A stretch of 32,000 nucleotides of DNA. It comes from Geotalea uraniireducens Rf4 (GTDB taxonomy: Bacteria > Desulfobacterota > Desulfuromonadia > Geobacterales > Geobacteraceae). Position 1 is the first letter of the stretch, and the number at the start of each line of letters is the position of its first letter. A program made the position numbers and the translations under genes. The notes under the pieces were generated by a model, which ran no database searches, was not told the DNA's origin, and saw nothing but the letters and a program-made list of their open reading frames with translations. Positions 20,041 to 27,824 of the stretch are shown piece after piece. The stretch is taken from contig NC_009483.1 in NCBI RefSeq assembly GCF_000016745.1, positions 2,070,001 through 2,102,000 of the forward strand. The letters run 5' to 3'.

Positions 20041-23000
20041 ATGAACAACGTTAATTTCGTCAACAGGAAAATCCTCCGGTATTTATTGCCGTTGCTGCTC
20101 ATCATTCCGTGGCTACTGGCATCGGTTCAGCCGGCATCTGCTGAAAAGGTTGAGGTTACGGTTGAGTGGGGGAGTAACGCCGCGGGCGATAACGATAACG
20201 GCGGCTACGTAACGCCTCCCGGCAATGGTGATTCAGGAAAAGATGTAAAGGTTACAACCAATACTAACAAGACGTTTACCATCTTCACCGATTCCGGTTT
20301 CCAGATCTCGGATGTGAGATTGATAAACAAGGATTCCGGCACCAACCAGTCGGTTTTCACCCCTGTGAACATGCTTGGTGCAGGCGATACCTACACGTTC
20401 AACGTGGGGACTAGTGACTGGATACTGCGGGTTTTCTTTATACCCAAAACGGGGTCGAATGTAACCATAACTGCAACCGCCGGGGCCAACGGCTCCATTT
20501 CTCCATCCGGAGCGATCAGTGTCGCAAGAAATGGCAGCAAAACCTTCACCATGACCCCCAACGCCGGCTACATTATAGGCGATGTGCTGGTGGATGGTAT
20601 ATCGGTGGGCGCCGTCAGCTCTTACACCTTCCCCAATGTGACAATCGATCATACCATTTCCGTTTCATTTGTTCCACAAGCCTATACCATTACCGCGACT
20701 GCCGGCGCCAACGGTGTGATCTCACCGGCCGGCGCCACCAATGTGGCCAAAAACGCCGATCAGACGTTCAATATCATCCCGAATGCCGGTTATAACGTTT
20801 TGGATGTGAAAATTGACGGCACATCGGTCGGGGCAAGGACCTCCTATACCTTCACCAACGTCACCGCCAACCATACCATAAACGTAACCTTTGCCCTCCA
20901 GACCACTTCGATGGGGAACTATTGCCAGCAACCCTCCTTTATCGGCTCCATCACCCAATTGAAGCCCAATGTTCTGATCCTGTCCGATAACTCGGGCAGC
21001 ATGGGGTGGCTTGCATACGAGAGTGAAACGTATAACAATGCAAAGAGCTATTACGGCTATTTCGATCCCCAGAAAATGTATAAGAATTCGGGCACCGTTT
21101 TTACGATCGACACCACAAAAATACTCGACAAGAACGACATAATGTCGGGTAACTACTTGAACTGGCAAATGATGCGACGGATCGACGTCGTCAGGAAGGC
21201 GTTGATTGGGGGCAAGGTTGTAAATCGGACGGCTGCCACCAAATATTTGTCGGCTAATGGCGGCTTTACGGTTGAATACGGCCCCACGGAACCGACGGGA
21301 ATTATCCAGGCCCTAGACGGTAAGGTGAGATTCGGCCTGATGTTTTTCCGCTCCAATTACGAGGGAGGGTATATTGCTGCGCCTATCGGTTCCACTGCCG
21401 CCGACCTGGTCACACAGATAGAAGCCAAGAACCCCAGCGGCAACACCCCACTGGCAGAGTCGATCTACGAGGCGACCAAGTATTTCGGCCATGTTGCAAG
21501 CGCTTATGACGCAGCGGTTGATTACTCCACATGGGCGGACCCGATCCTGTACCCGTGCCAGAAAAACTTCATGTTGGTCGTCACCGACGGCGAGCCGACT
21601 GCTGACATCAACTTCCCAGGTTTTGACACAACCACCTGGAAGAATAAGATCACTGCCAATGGCGACACCCACAGCCCGTATTTCATGGAGGATGTTGCCT
21701 ACTACGCCCATGTCACCGACTTGCGACCCGACACCGGCACCGTCGGCAATCCCCCCATCGCTGCGGGCGGCATTCAGAACCTGACTATTTACAACGTTTT
21801 CGTCTTCGGTAGTGCAGCCAGCAAAACTATGCAACTGGCGGCAAAATACGGAGGATTTCAGGACAAGAACGAAAACGGAAAGCCTGACCTGGCAATTGAG
21901 TGGAACAAATCCGGCGACGGTGTGCCTGACACCTATTTTGAGGCGCAGGAAGGTGACAGCCTGGAGACCTCGCTGATGGATGCCTTGACGAATATACTGG
22001 CACGCATATCCTCCGGTACGGCGGCTTCCATCCTCAGCAACAGCGAGGGGACAGGAGCCAATCTATTGCAGGCGTTATTCTATCCCAACAAGATCTTTGA
22101 AAAGCAGACCCAGGCCAATTGGCTCGGCGAAATGCAGAACCTCTGGTATTACATCGATCCCTTTTTCACTAACAGCTCAGTGCGGGAAGACACTGATTAT
22201 ACCGATGCAGACAGGGCAGTAAATAAAAATCATGTGTTTAATCTCCTTGCTGACAAGGCAACCAACTTTTTCTTCGACAATGCTGCGACGAAACAGACAC
22301 TAGTAGATCTTTCCTATGACACAAATGGAGACGGCGCTCCCGATCTCTTTGACAAGCGAGTCACCCCTGACGAAGTGAACAGTATTTGGCGGGCGGGTAA
22401 ACAATTGTGGTCAAGGGACCTTTCAACTAACCCGAGAAAGATATATACGACTATTGACGGCAGCACGCTTGTTCCCTTTGTTGAAACGGCCGGAGCCAAT
22501 CCTCTTCGCGCTTATTTGCAGGCAGCAACCGATGCGGAGGCAAATAAAATAATCAGATATGTACAGGGCTTTGATTTCCCCGACGACACCTCGATGCGAA
22601 GCAGAACGGTCAAGATCGGCAATATTCCGTCAACAAACGTTACTGATCCTGCCTATAAGACCAATCCAAAGGATAAAGGCATCGGAGTCTGGAAGTTGGG
22701 TGATATTGTCAATTCTACGCCGCGACTGGTTTCGGCGCTCCCTCTGAACTTCTACGACAAAGCGCCTGATAAAGGTTATCGCGATAAATCGTACGGTGAT
22801 TCCAAGAATGGAACGGGTTATATTTATACGTCTGATTACAAGCGTAGAGGACTGTCGCTTGCCGGCGCCAATGACGGCATGCTGCATGCTTTCAAACTCG
22901 GCACACTCGATGTAACCGCCTATGGAGATACCAAAGCGACCCTGTCCGGAACAAATCTCGGTGATGAGCTGTGGGCGTATGTCCCGAAAAATGTGTTGCC

Positions 23001-24489
23001 GTACCTCAAGTACTTCTCGGATCCGGACTATTGTCATCTCTGTTATGTTGACATTTCCCCATATATTGTCGATGCCAGCATTGCAAAGCCGGCAGCGTGT
23101 ATGGAAGCGAAGGCCGAGGATTGCACAAAAGATTTAACCAGCTGGCGAACCGTAGTCATCGGGGGGATGGGACAAGGAGGTGCCAGCAGGGATAAAGCGG
23201 GAACCTGCAAAGATGCTACCGGCGTGGATTGCGTAAAATCGCCCCTCGACGGTGTCGGCTTTTCGTCATACTATGCTCTGGATATTACCAAGCAGTTCGT
23301 TTCATCGGGAAACCCGGTAATGCCGACCCTCCTCTGGGAATTTGCGCATCCGGAACTCGGATATTCGACATCCGGGCCGGTAGTGATGCGGATCAATGGA
23401 AAGGATAATTCAAAATCTCCACCGGTGCCTGACCCAACCAAAAATGGCAATTGGTATGCTGTATTTGCTTCCGGCCCCACCGGCCCGATTTCCGGTCAAC
23501 AATTCTTGGGGAAGTCCGATCAGAATCTCAAGCTATTTGTACTTAATCTGAAGACCGGCGCGCTGTTGCGAGTTATCGATACCGGCATTCCGTTTGCTTT
23601 CTCCGGATCTTTGAATGACGGGCATTCCGATACTGACAGAGTTGATCCGGAGAATCGGGGTTTTTATTCGGATGATGCACTCTACATCGGGTACACAAAA
23701 AGGGCTGGTGCAGGTACTGTTGCCAGCCCCTATACGTGGACAGACGGTGGGGTAGTACGGCTTTTGACAAAGGAAGACCCGGACCCGAACAACTGGACTG
23801 TAAGCAAGGTCATCGATGGTATCGGGCCGGTTACTACCCGAATTTCAAAACTTCAGGATAAAATTGACAACATCCTATGGCTCTTCTTCGGCACCGGCCG
23901 TTATTACTACGGCGCAGACGATATTGCCGTACAGCGCACCCTCTTCGGGGTGAAGGATCCGTGCTTCAAGGCAGTAGTCACTCATCTCGATGGCACCGTC
24001 TCCAAGAAAGGAGACATTGACGAGGCTTGCACCGAGGCGCCGGTTACCAAGTCGAGCCTCGATATCCAGACGAACATCTCGGCCACATCCCTGACAAGCA
24101 AAGGCTGGTACATTGAGCTTGATGCGGCCAGTGGGGGCTATGGAGCGGAGAGAATAATAACCGATACCGTGGCGCAGCAAAACGGTCTCTGCTTCTTCAC
24201 GAGTTTCAAGCCGAACATGGATGTCTGTTCCTTTGGCGGCAGTTCACATCTGTGGGTTGTGGACTGCGCGACCGGAACCGCACCTAAGGTCAACGCCCTG
24301 AAAGGCAGGGCGCTGATCCAGGTCTCTACGGGGAGCTTCGAGTCCGTTGACTTTGGAACCGCCCTTATTGAAAGAGGCAACAGGCGATCTGCGCCAATGA
24401 TAGGGAAACCGCCCGGCGAACCGCCGACTATCCAATCCCAGGCAAATAACAAACCGGTTAAGAAGATTCTCCGCATACGGGAGAAATAA
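20041..24489 (+). CDS. pilY1: PilY1-like T4P tip adhesin: signal peptide, three InlB-B-type repeats, vWA domain, PilY1 beta-propeller
   Basis: ATG at 20041 after AAGGGG. The track start 20032 is GTG. MIDAS motif LILSDNSGSM. VVTDGEPT. PilY1/PilC hallmarks WKLGDIVNSTPRLV and GANDGMLHAF. Confidence 0.85.
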   Translation: MNNVNFVNRKILRYLLPLLLIIPWLLASVQPASAEKVEVTVEWGSNAAGDNDNGGYVTPPGNGDSGKDVKVTTNTNKTFTIFTDSGFQISDVRLINKDSGTNQSVFTPVNMLGAGDTYTFNVGTSDWILRVFFIPKTGSNVTITATAGANGSISPSGAISVARNGSKTFTMTPNAGYIIGDVLVDGISVGAVSSYTFPNVTIDHTISVSFVPQAYTITATAGANGVISPAGATNVAKNADQTFNIIPNAGYNVLDVKIDGTSVGARTSYTFTNVTANHTINVTFALQTTSMGNYCQQPSFIGSITQLKPNVLILSDNSGSMGWLAYESETYNNAKSYYGYFDPQKMYKNSGTVFTIDTTKILDKNDIMSGNYLNWQMMRRIDVVRKALIGGKVVNRTAATKYLSANGGFTVEYGPTEPTGIIQALDGKVRFGLMFFRSNYEGGYIAAPIGSTAADLVTQIEAKNPSGNTPLAESIYEATKYFGHVASAYDAAVDYSTWADPILYPCQKNFMLVVTDGEPTADINFPGFDTTTWKNKITANGDTHSPYFMEDVAYYAHVTDLRPDTGTVGNPPIAAGGIQNLTIYNVFVFGSAASKTMQLAAKYGGFQDKNENGKPDLAIEWNKSGDGVPDTYFEAQEGDSLETSLMDALTNILARISSGTAASILSNSEGTGANLLQALFYPNKIFEKQTQANWLGEMQNLWYYIDPFFTNSSVREDTDYTDADRAVNKNHVFNLLADKATNFFFDNAATKQTLVDLSYDTNGDGAPDLFDKRVTPDEVNSIWRAGKQLWSRDLSTNPRKIYTTIDGSTLVPFVETAGANPLRAYLQAATDAEANKIIRYVQGFDFPDDTSMRSRTVKIGNIPSTNVTDPAYKTNPKDKGIGVWKLGDIVNSTPRLVSALPLNFYDKAPDKGYRDKSYGDSKNGTGYIYTSDYKRRGLSLAGANDGMLHAFKLGTLDVTAYGDTKATLSGTNLGDELWAYVPKNVLPYLKYFSDPDYCHLCYVDISPYIVDASIAKPAACMEAKAEDCTKDLTSWRTVVIGGMGQGGASRDKAGTCKDATGVDCVKSPLDGVGFSSYYALDITKQFVSSGNPVMPTLLWEFAHPELGYSTSGPVVMRINGKDNSKSPPVPDPTKNGNWYAVFASGPTGPISGQQFLGKSDQNLKLFVLNLKTGALLRVIDTGIPFAFSGSLNDGHSDTDRVDPENRGFYSDDALYIGYTKRAGAGTVASPYTWTDGGVVRLLTKEDPDPNNWTVSKVIDGIGPVTTRISKLQDKIDNILWLFFGTGRYYYGADDIAVQRTLFGVKDPCFKAVVTHLDGTVSKKGDIDEACTEAPVTKSSLDIQTNISATSLTSKGWYIELDAASGGYGAERIITDTVAQQNGLCFFTSFKPNMDVCSFGGSSHLWVVDCATGTAPKVNALKGRALIQVSTGSFESVDFGTALIERGNRRSAPMIGKPPGEPPTIQSQANNKPVKKILRIREK
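20461..20901 (+). repeat. Tandem duplicated coding module of about 220 nt (two InlB-B-like repeats) inside pilY1
   Basis: 20461-20679 (VTITATAGANGSISPSGAISVARNGSKTFTMTPNAGYIIGDVLVDGISVGAVSSYTFPNVTIDHTISVSF) and 20680-20901 (AYTITATAGANGVISPAGATNVAKNADQTFNIIPNAGYNVLDVKIDGTSVGARTSYTFTNVTANHTINVTF). A degenerate third copy lies at about 20146-20448. Confidence 0.8.
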
Positions 24490-24490
24490 C

Positions 24491-24970
24491 ATGAAACAGG
24501 ACGGTTTTTCATTGATTGAGCTTATCGTCGTCATCGGGATATCCGCTGTTCTCATGGCTATTGCCATGCTTAATTTCAACCAGATGATGAGAAAGTCTGC
24601 GATCGACAGTCAGGTAAAAATGCTGTATTCCGAACTCTTGAACACCAGGGTACAGGCGAGGTTCCAAAAGGAGGCACGTCGGGTCGGACTTAACAGTAAC
24701 AAGGTTATCCTGTATTCGCCGGATTTAACTAAGTCGCCGGATGTCCAGAGAGACTTATCCTCTCCGATCGAATGGGGCGGCGCATCGGATATTCTCTTTG
24801 ACACACAAGGCCTGACAAATGCCCCTGCCACCGGCAGCAAGAGTATCTGTATACAGGGGGATAATCCTGCTACTTACGATAGTATAGTGGTTTTCAAGAC
24901 AAGGATTCAGATGGGAAAAAGAACGAATCCTCTAGGAGGGTGCACCATTGATAATATCGTTACTCAATAA
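24491..24970 (+). CDS. Minor pilin, FimT/GspH-like
   Basis: Prepilin leader and methylation motif MKQDG/FSLIELIVV (G-1, F+1, E+5). Starts 1 nt after the pilY1 stop. Confidence 0.75.
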   Translation: MKQDGFSLIELIVVIGISAVLMAIAMLNFNQMMRKSAIDSQVKMLYSELLNTRVQARFQKEARRVGLNSNKVILYSPDLTKSPDVQRDLSSPIEWGGASDILFDTQGLTNAPATGSKSICIQGDNPATYDSIVVFKTRIQMGKRTNPLGGCTIDNIVTQ

Positions 24971-25328
24971 TAAAGGGTTTACTCTTGTTGAAATGATGTT
25001 TGCCATAATGATATCGCTTCTCGGCATATTTGCACTGTTGCAGTCCATGGATGTAATCACGCAGCACAATGTCAAGAATCAGATGCGTGACGAGGCAGTG
25101 AAGATTGCCGATGTCAGGCTGAAGTCAATGCGGGAAGGCCCTTTTGTCGAGAATATTGTATATATTCCGTACAGCACCGTTCATAACGAATCGGGTGTTC
25201 GCTCTTATGTCGTGAGAAAGTCAATGACTGCGTTGTCAGTCAATTCAAGGGAACTTATTGTCAACGTTGGGTGGGCTTATAAAAACATTTCATCTCACCA
25301 CGAGGTGCGGACCATTAAATCAAGATGA
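24948..25328 (+). CDS. pilV: Minor pilin PilV-like
   Basis: TTG start at 24948 with AGGAGG (24934-24939) 8 nt upstream. Motif NNKG/FTLVEMMFAIMISLLGIFALLQS. Overlaps the preceding gene by 23 nt. Confidence 0.75.
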   Translation: MIISLLNNKGFTLVEMMFAIMISLLGIFALLQSMDVITQHNVKNQMRDEAVKIADVRLKSMREGPFVENIVYIPYSTVHNESGVRSYVVRKSMTALSVNSRELIVNVGWAYKNISSHHEVRTIKSR

Positions 25329-25386
25329 GCATGGACTCAATCAAGCCATTTTGCCAACCTCAGCGAATGGCATCAAGGACGGGGTT

Positions 25387-26634
25387 ATGTCGGATAAAAA
25401 AGGTTTTACACTCATAGAACTGGTTGTGACGATGGCCATATTTGTCATCGTCATCATGCTAAGCTCATTTGTTTTCGAGAAGGTGATCGGTCAGGCAAGC
25501 CAGCGCTCCAAAACCATTGAGGGTCAGCTTGAAGGTGTCGTAGGCCTGGAAATATTGAGGACCGACCTGGATAGCGCCGGTTATGGGCTTCCGTTTAAAA
25601 TTATGTCTTCGGCTACAAAAATATCCGGTTACACCGAAGCGGTGGACTCCCCGAACTTTCCGGTTCCCGGTGTTGATAGGGCTAGTCTCAACGACGCGCC
25701 CGCCACGTCGCCTAGAGGCGTTGTGAGCGTAAACGGAAGCGGTAGCGTTGGTTTCAATCAATCTGATTATCTGGTGATAAAATCGGTAACTGTTGCCTTG
25801 AATGATACCTCGAAAAAATCGAGTCGTGTCACTTACAACAAAATAGGCACGGATCCCTTCGGTAAGATTGCGGTAACCGGAACCGATGACCTGCAACCGG
25901 ACGAAAGAGCCATCGTCATGAGATCCACTTTTGAGGGTGGCATAGAGAAGAAAAGAGAACTTTTGATAGACGAGAAGAACGGCGGCACCTTTTTTGTTAC
26001 GGTTCCGTCGACTTTTCTCCCGACTGCGTTTTCGCCCCTGACAACAGATGATACGTGTCTGATTTACGGGATAGATCCGGCCAATGGGTCACCACTGCGC
26101 ATGCCTTTCAATCGGGCAGATTATTTCGTCAAAAGGCCGGCTAATGTTCCTAAAATTTGCAATGCCGGCACAGGCGTTTTATACAAGGCCACGACTAATC
26201 ACAATAATGGTGGTATCACCTATTATCCATTGGTTGATTGCATAGGAGACATGCAAGTGATCTATCTCCTCGACATGGACGAGGATAGTGCCGCCGGGAC
26301 ATACTCCAACGCCGACGGTAGCCAGATATCGCCGCTGGGAGACCCCGAGAAAGTTGACGGCGTGAATGTCTCAATTTCCGATGTGGTGGCAACCTTGCAC
26401 GATCCCGAGTTGCTCAGACTCAGACTCAAGGAGATCCAGGTGTACGTCCTTGCCCAAATGGGCAAAAGGGATAATGTCTTAAATTATCCTAATGACGACA
26501 TAGTCGTAGGAAAACCGGAAGCGGTAGGTAGAAAGTGGTCAGCAAGTGATATGGCAGGCACCTTTGGCGCCGAATGGCGTAACTACCGATGGAAAGTGTA
26601 CAAAATCACATCCAATGCCAGTAATATGCAGTGA
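25387..26634 (+). CDS. pilW: Minor pilin PilW-like
   Basis: ATG at 25387. MSDKKG/FTLIELVVTMAIFVIVIM prepilin motif. 415 aa. The track ORF start 25258 lies upstream and has no pilin leader logic. Confidence 0.65.
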   Translation: MSDKKGFTLIELVVTMAIFVIVIMLSSFVFEKVIGQASQRSKTIEGQLEGVVGLEILRTDLDSAGYGLPFKIMSSATKISGYTEAVDSPNFPVPGVDRASLNDAPATSPRGVVSVNGSGSVGFNQSDYLVIKSVTVALNDTSKKSSRVTYNKIGTDPFGKIAVTGTDDLQPDERAIVMRSTFEGGIEKKRELLIDEKNGGTFFVTVPSTFLPTAFSPLTTDDTCLIYGIDPANGSPLRMPFNRADYFVKRPANVPKICNAGTGVLYKATTNHNNGGITYYPLVDCIGDMQVIYLLDMDEDSAAGTYSNADGSQISPLGDPEKVDGVNVSISDVVATLHDPELLRLRLKEIQVYVLAQMGKRDNVLNYPNDDIVVGKPEAVGRKWSASDMAGTFGAEWRNYRWKVYKITSNASNMQ

Positions 26635-26660
26635 CCAGAAAAAGAAATGGGCGGTGTCAA

Positions 26661-27284
26661 ATGAGATATCTGAAAAATCAAAACGGAATAGCATTGGTAA
26701 CTGCGCTGTTGCTTACCCTGATAACTGTTGCGGTTATTATGGCTGTATTTTATCTGCTTAACCAGCAGACAAAGACATCCGCAGCAGAGAAGGTCTACAG
26801 CTCCGCCCTGCAGGCTGCCTATGGCGATTCCGAGCTTTTTATTAAAGACATTATCCCGTCATTATTTCCCAACGATGCTCTTAAAAATATTAATTACTGG
26901 GAAAACAGCTTTTCTGCAATATCTTTGGACGTCGTTGCGACGGATGCCTGTATAAATGACAAACTGCACAATAACACCGATAAATGGACAAATTGTCCCC
27001 AGGGCAGTACAACGAAACTTGCTTACGATATGCCGGACACGACTATTGTACTTAGGGGGCTCAGCGAAAATTACAAGATATATTCAAAAATTGTCGATAC
27101 GACCGTAGGCAATACCGACGGGTCAGGACTAACGGAAAGATATACCTCTGGCGACGGCGTAACCGGAAAGGGGGCCGGAGTGGACCCAGTACGTGTTCCT
27201 TATCTCTACACCGTCGAGATTCAAGCGGAAGGGGCAGTTAATCCCAAGGAAAAGGCCCAGCTTGAGGTACTTTATGCGTATTGA
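26661..27284 (+). CDS. pilX: PilX-like minor pilin / pilus assembly protein
   Basis: MRYLKNQNGIALVTALLLTLITVAVIMAVFYLL resembles the PilX N-terminal domain. The alternative GTG start at 26631 overlaps the pilW stop. Confidence 0.6.
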   Translation: MRYLKNQNGIALVTALLLTLITVAVIMAVFYLLNQQTKTSAAEKVYSSALQAAYGDSELFIKDIIPSLFPNDALKNINYWENSFSAISLDVVATDACINDKLHNNTDKWTNCPQGSTTKLAYDMPDTTIVLRGLSENYKIYSKIVDTTVGNTDGSGLTERYTSGDGVTGKGAGVDPVRVPYLYTVEIQAEGAVNPKEKAQLEVLYAY

Positions 27285-27317
27285 ATGTTGTTTCTGATGT
27301 TTGGTTCACCTATGAAT

Positions 27318-27333
27318 TGGTTCCAAAATTGCA
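27318..27333 (+). promoter_or_regulatory. Candidate sigma54 (-24/-12) promoter
   Basis: TGGTTCC-AAAA-TTGCA. GG (27319-27320) and GC (27331-27332) are separated by exactly 10 nt, as in TGGCACG-N4-TTGCW. There are three mismatches in the -24 element. Confidence 0.45.
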
Positions 27334-27371
27334 GGTTTTAATTGCTTTAACAAATTGCATCCATAGATAAC

Positions 27372-27448
27372 GATAATACTAAACCATCCGCGAGGATGGG
27401 GCGGAAAGCCTATAGGGTCTCACGCAGACAGCCGGGTTGCCGAAATAT
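27372..27448 (+). promoter_or_regulatory. GEMM-I cyclic-dinucleotide riboswitch aptamer (c-di-GMP / 3',3'-cGAMP class)
   Basis: AAACC-ATCC-GCGA-GGAT-GGGGCGGAAAGCC ... CAGCCGGGTTGCCGAAA matches the conserved GEMM-I core. For comparison, Vc2 from memory is AAACC-AUUC-GAAA-GAGU-GGGACGCAAAGCC ... UAGCGGGGUUACCGAUGG. GNRA-capped hairpin at 27384-27399. Confidence 0.8.
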
Positions 27449-27477
27449 CACAATATTTCCGGCGCCCGGTTTTTTTT
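27432..27477 (+). terminator. Intrinsic terminator (riboswitch expression platform)
   Basis: ccggg-tt-gccg-aaatat (27432-27448) pairs with atattt-c-cggc-g-cccgg (27453-27469), giving about 15 bp with a 4-nt loop, then T8 (27470-27477). The 5' arm is the conserved 3' strand of the aptamer. Confidence 0.85.
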
Positions 27478-27480
27478 ATT

Positions 27481-27571
27481 TTGTTAACTAAAAATATAAA
27501 AGACTATAATTTTATATAATTTAACATAATTAGCGTTATTTGCTTGACAATTCTTTTATTTATTGTAATTT
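27481..27571 (+). promoter_or_regulatory. AT-rich region with candidate sigma70 promoters
   Basis: TTGTTA (27481-27486), N18, TATAAT (27505-27510). A second TATAAT at 27515-27520. TTGACA (27544-27549), N16, TAATTT (27566-27571). Pattern matches in very AT-rich DNA, so specificity is low. Confidence 0.35.
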
Positions 27572-27602
27572 CAACAAAAAATAAGTAAAAGCAGGTAAAA
27601 GA

Positions 27603-27803
27603 ATGACAGCAAATAACAATGTCAGAAACATTCGTGAAGAGCGATTGATGAGTAAGGCTGAACTCGCGCGGTTAGCTGGTGTCTCGCCAGTTACGATTGA
27701 TCGCATAGAGCGTGGCGAAGAGTGCCGCATGGAAACTAAAAGGAAAATCATTCTGGCTCTTGGTTTTTCTTTGTCTGAGAAGGAAAAAGTATTTCAGGAC
27801 TAA
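27603..27803 (+). CDS. Small XRE-family helix-turn-helix protein (66 aa)
   Basis: HTH_3-like core LMSKAELARLAGVSPVTIDRIERGEE. Ends 21 nt upstream of pilM. Confidence 0.8.
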   Translation: MTANNNVRNIREERLMSKAELARLAGVSPVTIDRIERGEECRMETKRKIILALGFSLSEKEKVFQD

Positions 27804-27824
27804 TTCCTCGAATAGGACAGAATC

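Noticed and set aside
27286-27342. 18-codon mini-ORF (MLFLMFGSPMNWFQNCRF) after pilX
   Set aside because: It has no RBS and overlaps the candidate sigma54 promoter. Nothing distinguishes it from chance.
27512-27519. TTATATAA palindrome as an operator for the XRE protein
   Set aside because: An 8-bp AT-only palindrome in a highly AT-rich stretch is expected by chance. It is mentioned only as context for the promoter region.
27560-27751. 63-aa minus-strand ORF
   Set aside because: It is antisense to the XRE gene, which has a clear HTH motif.
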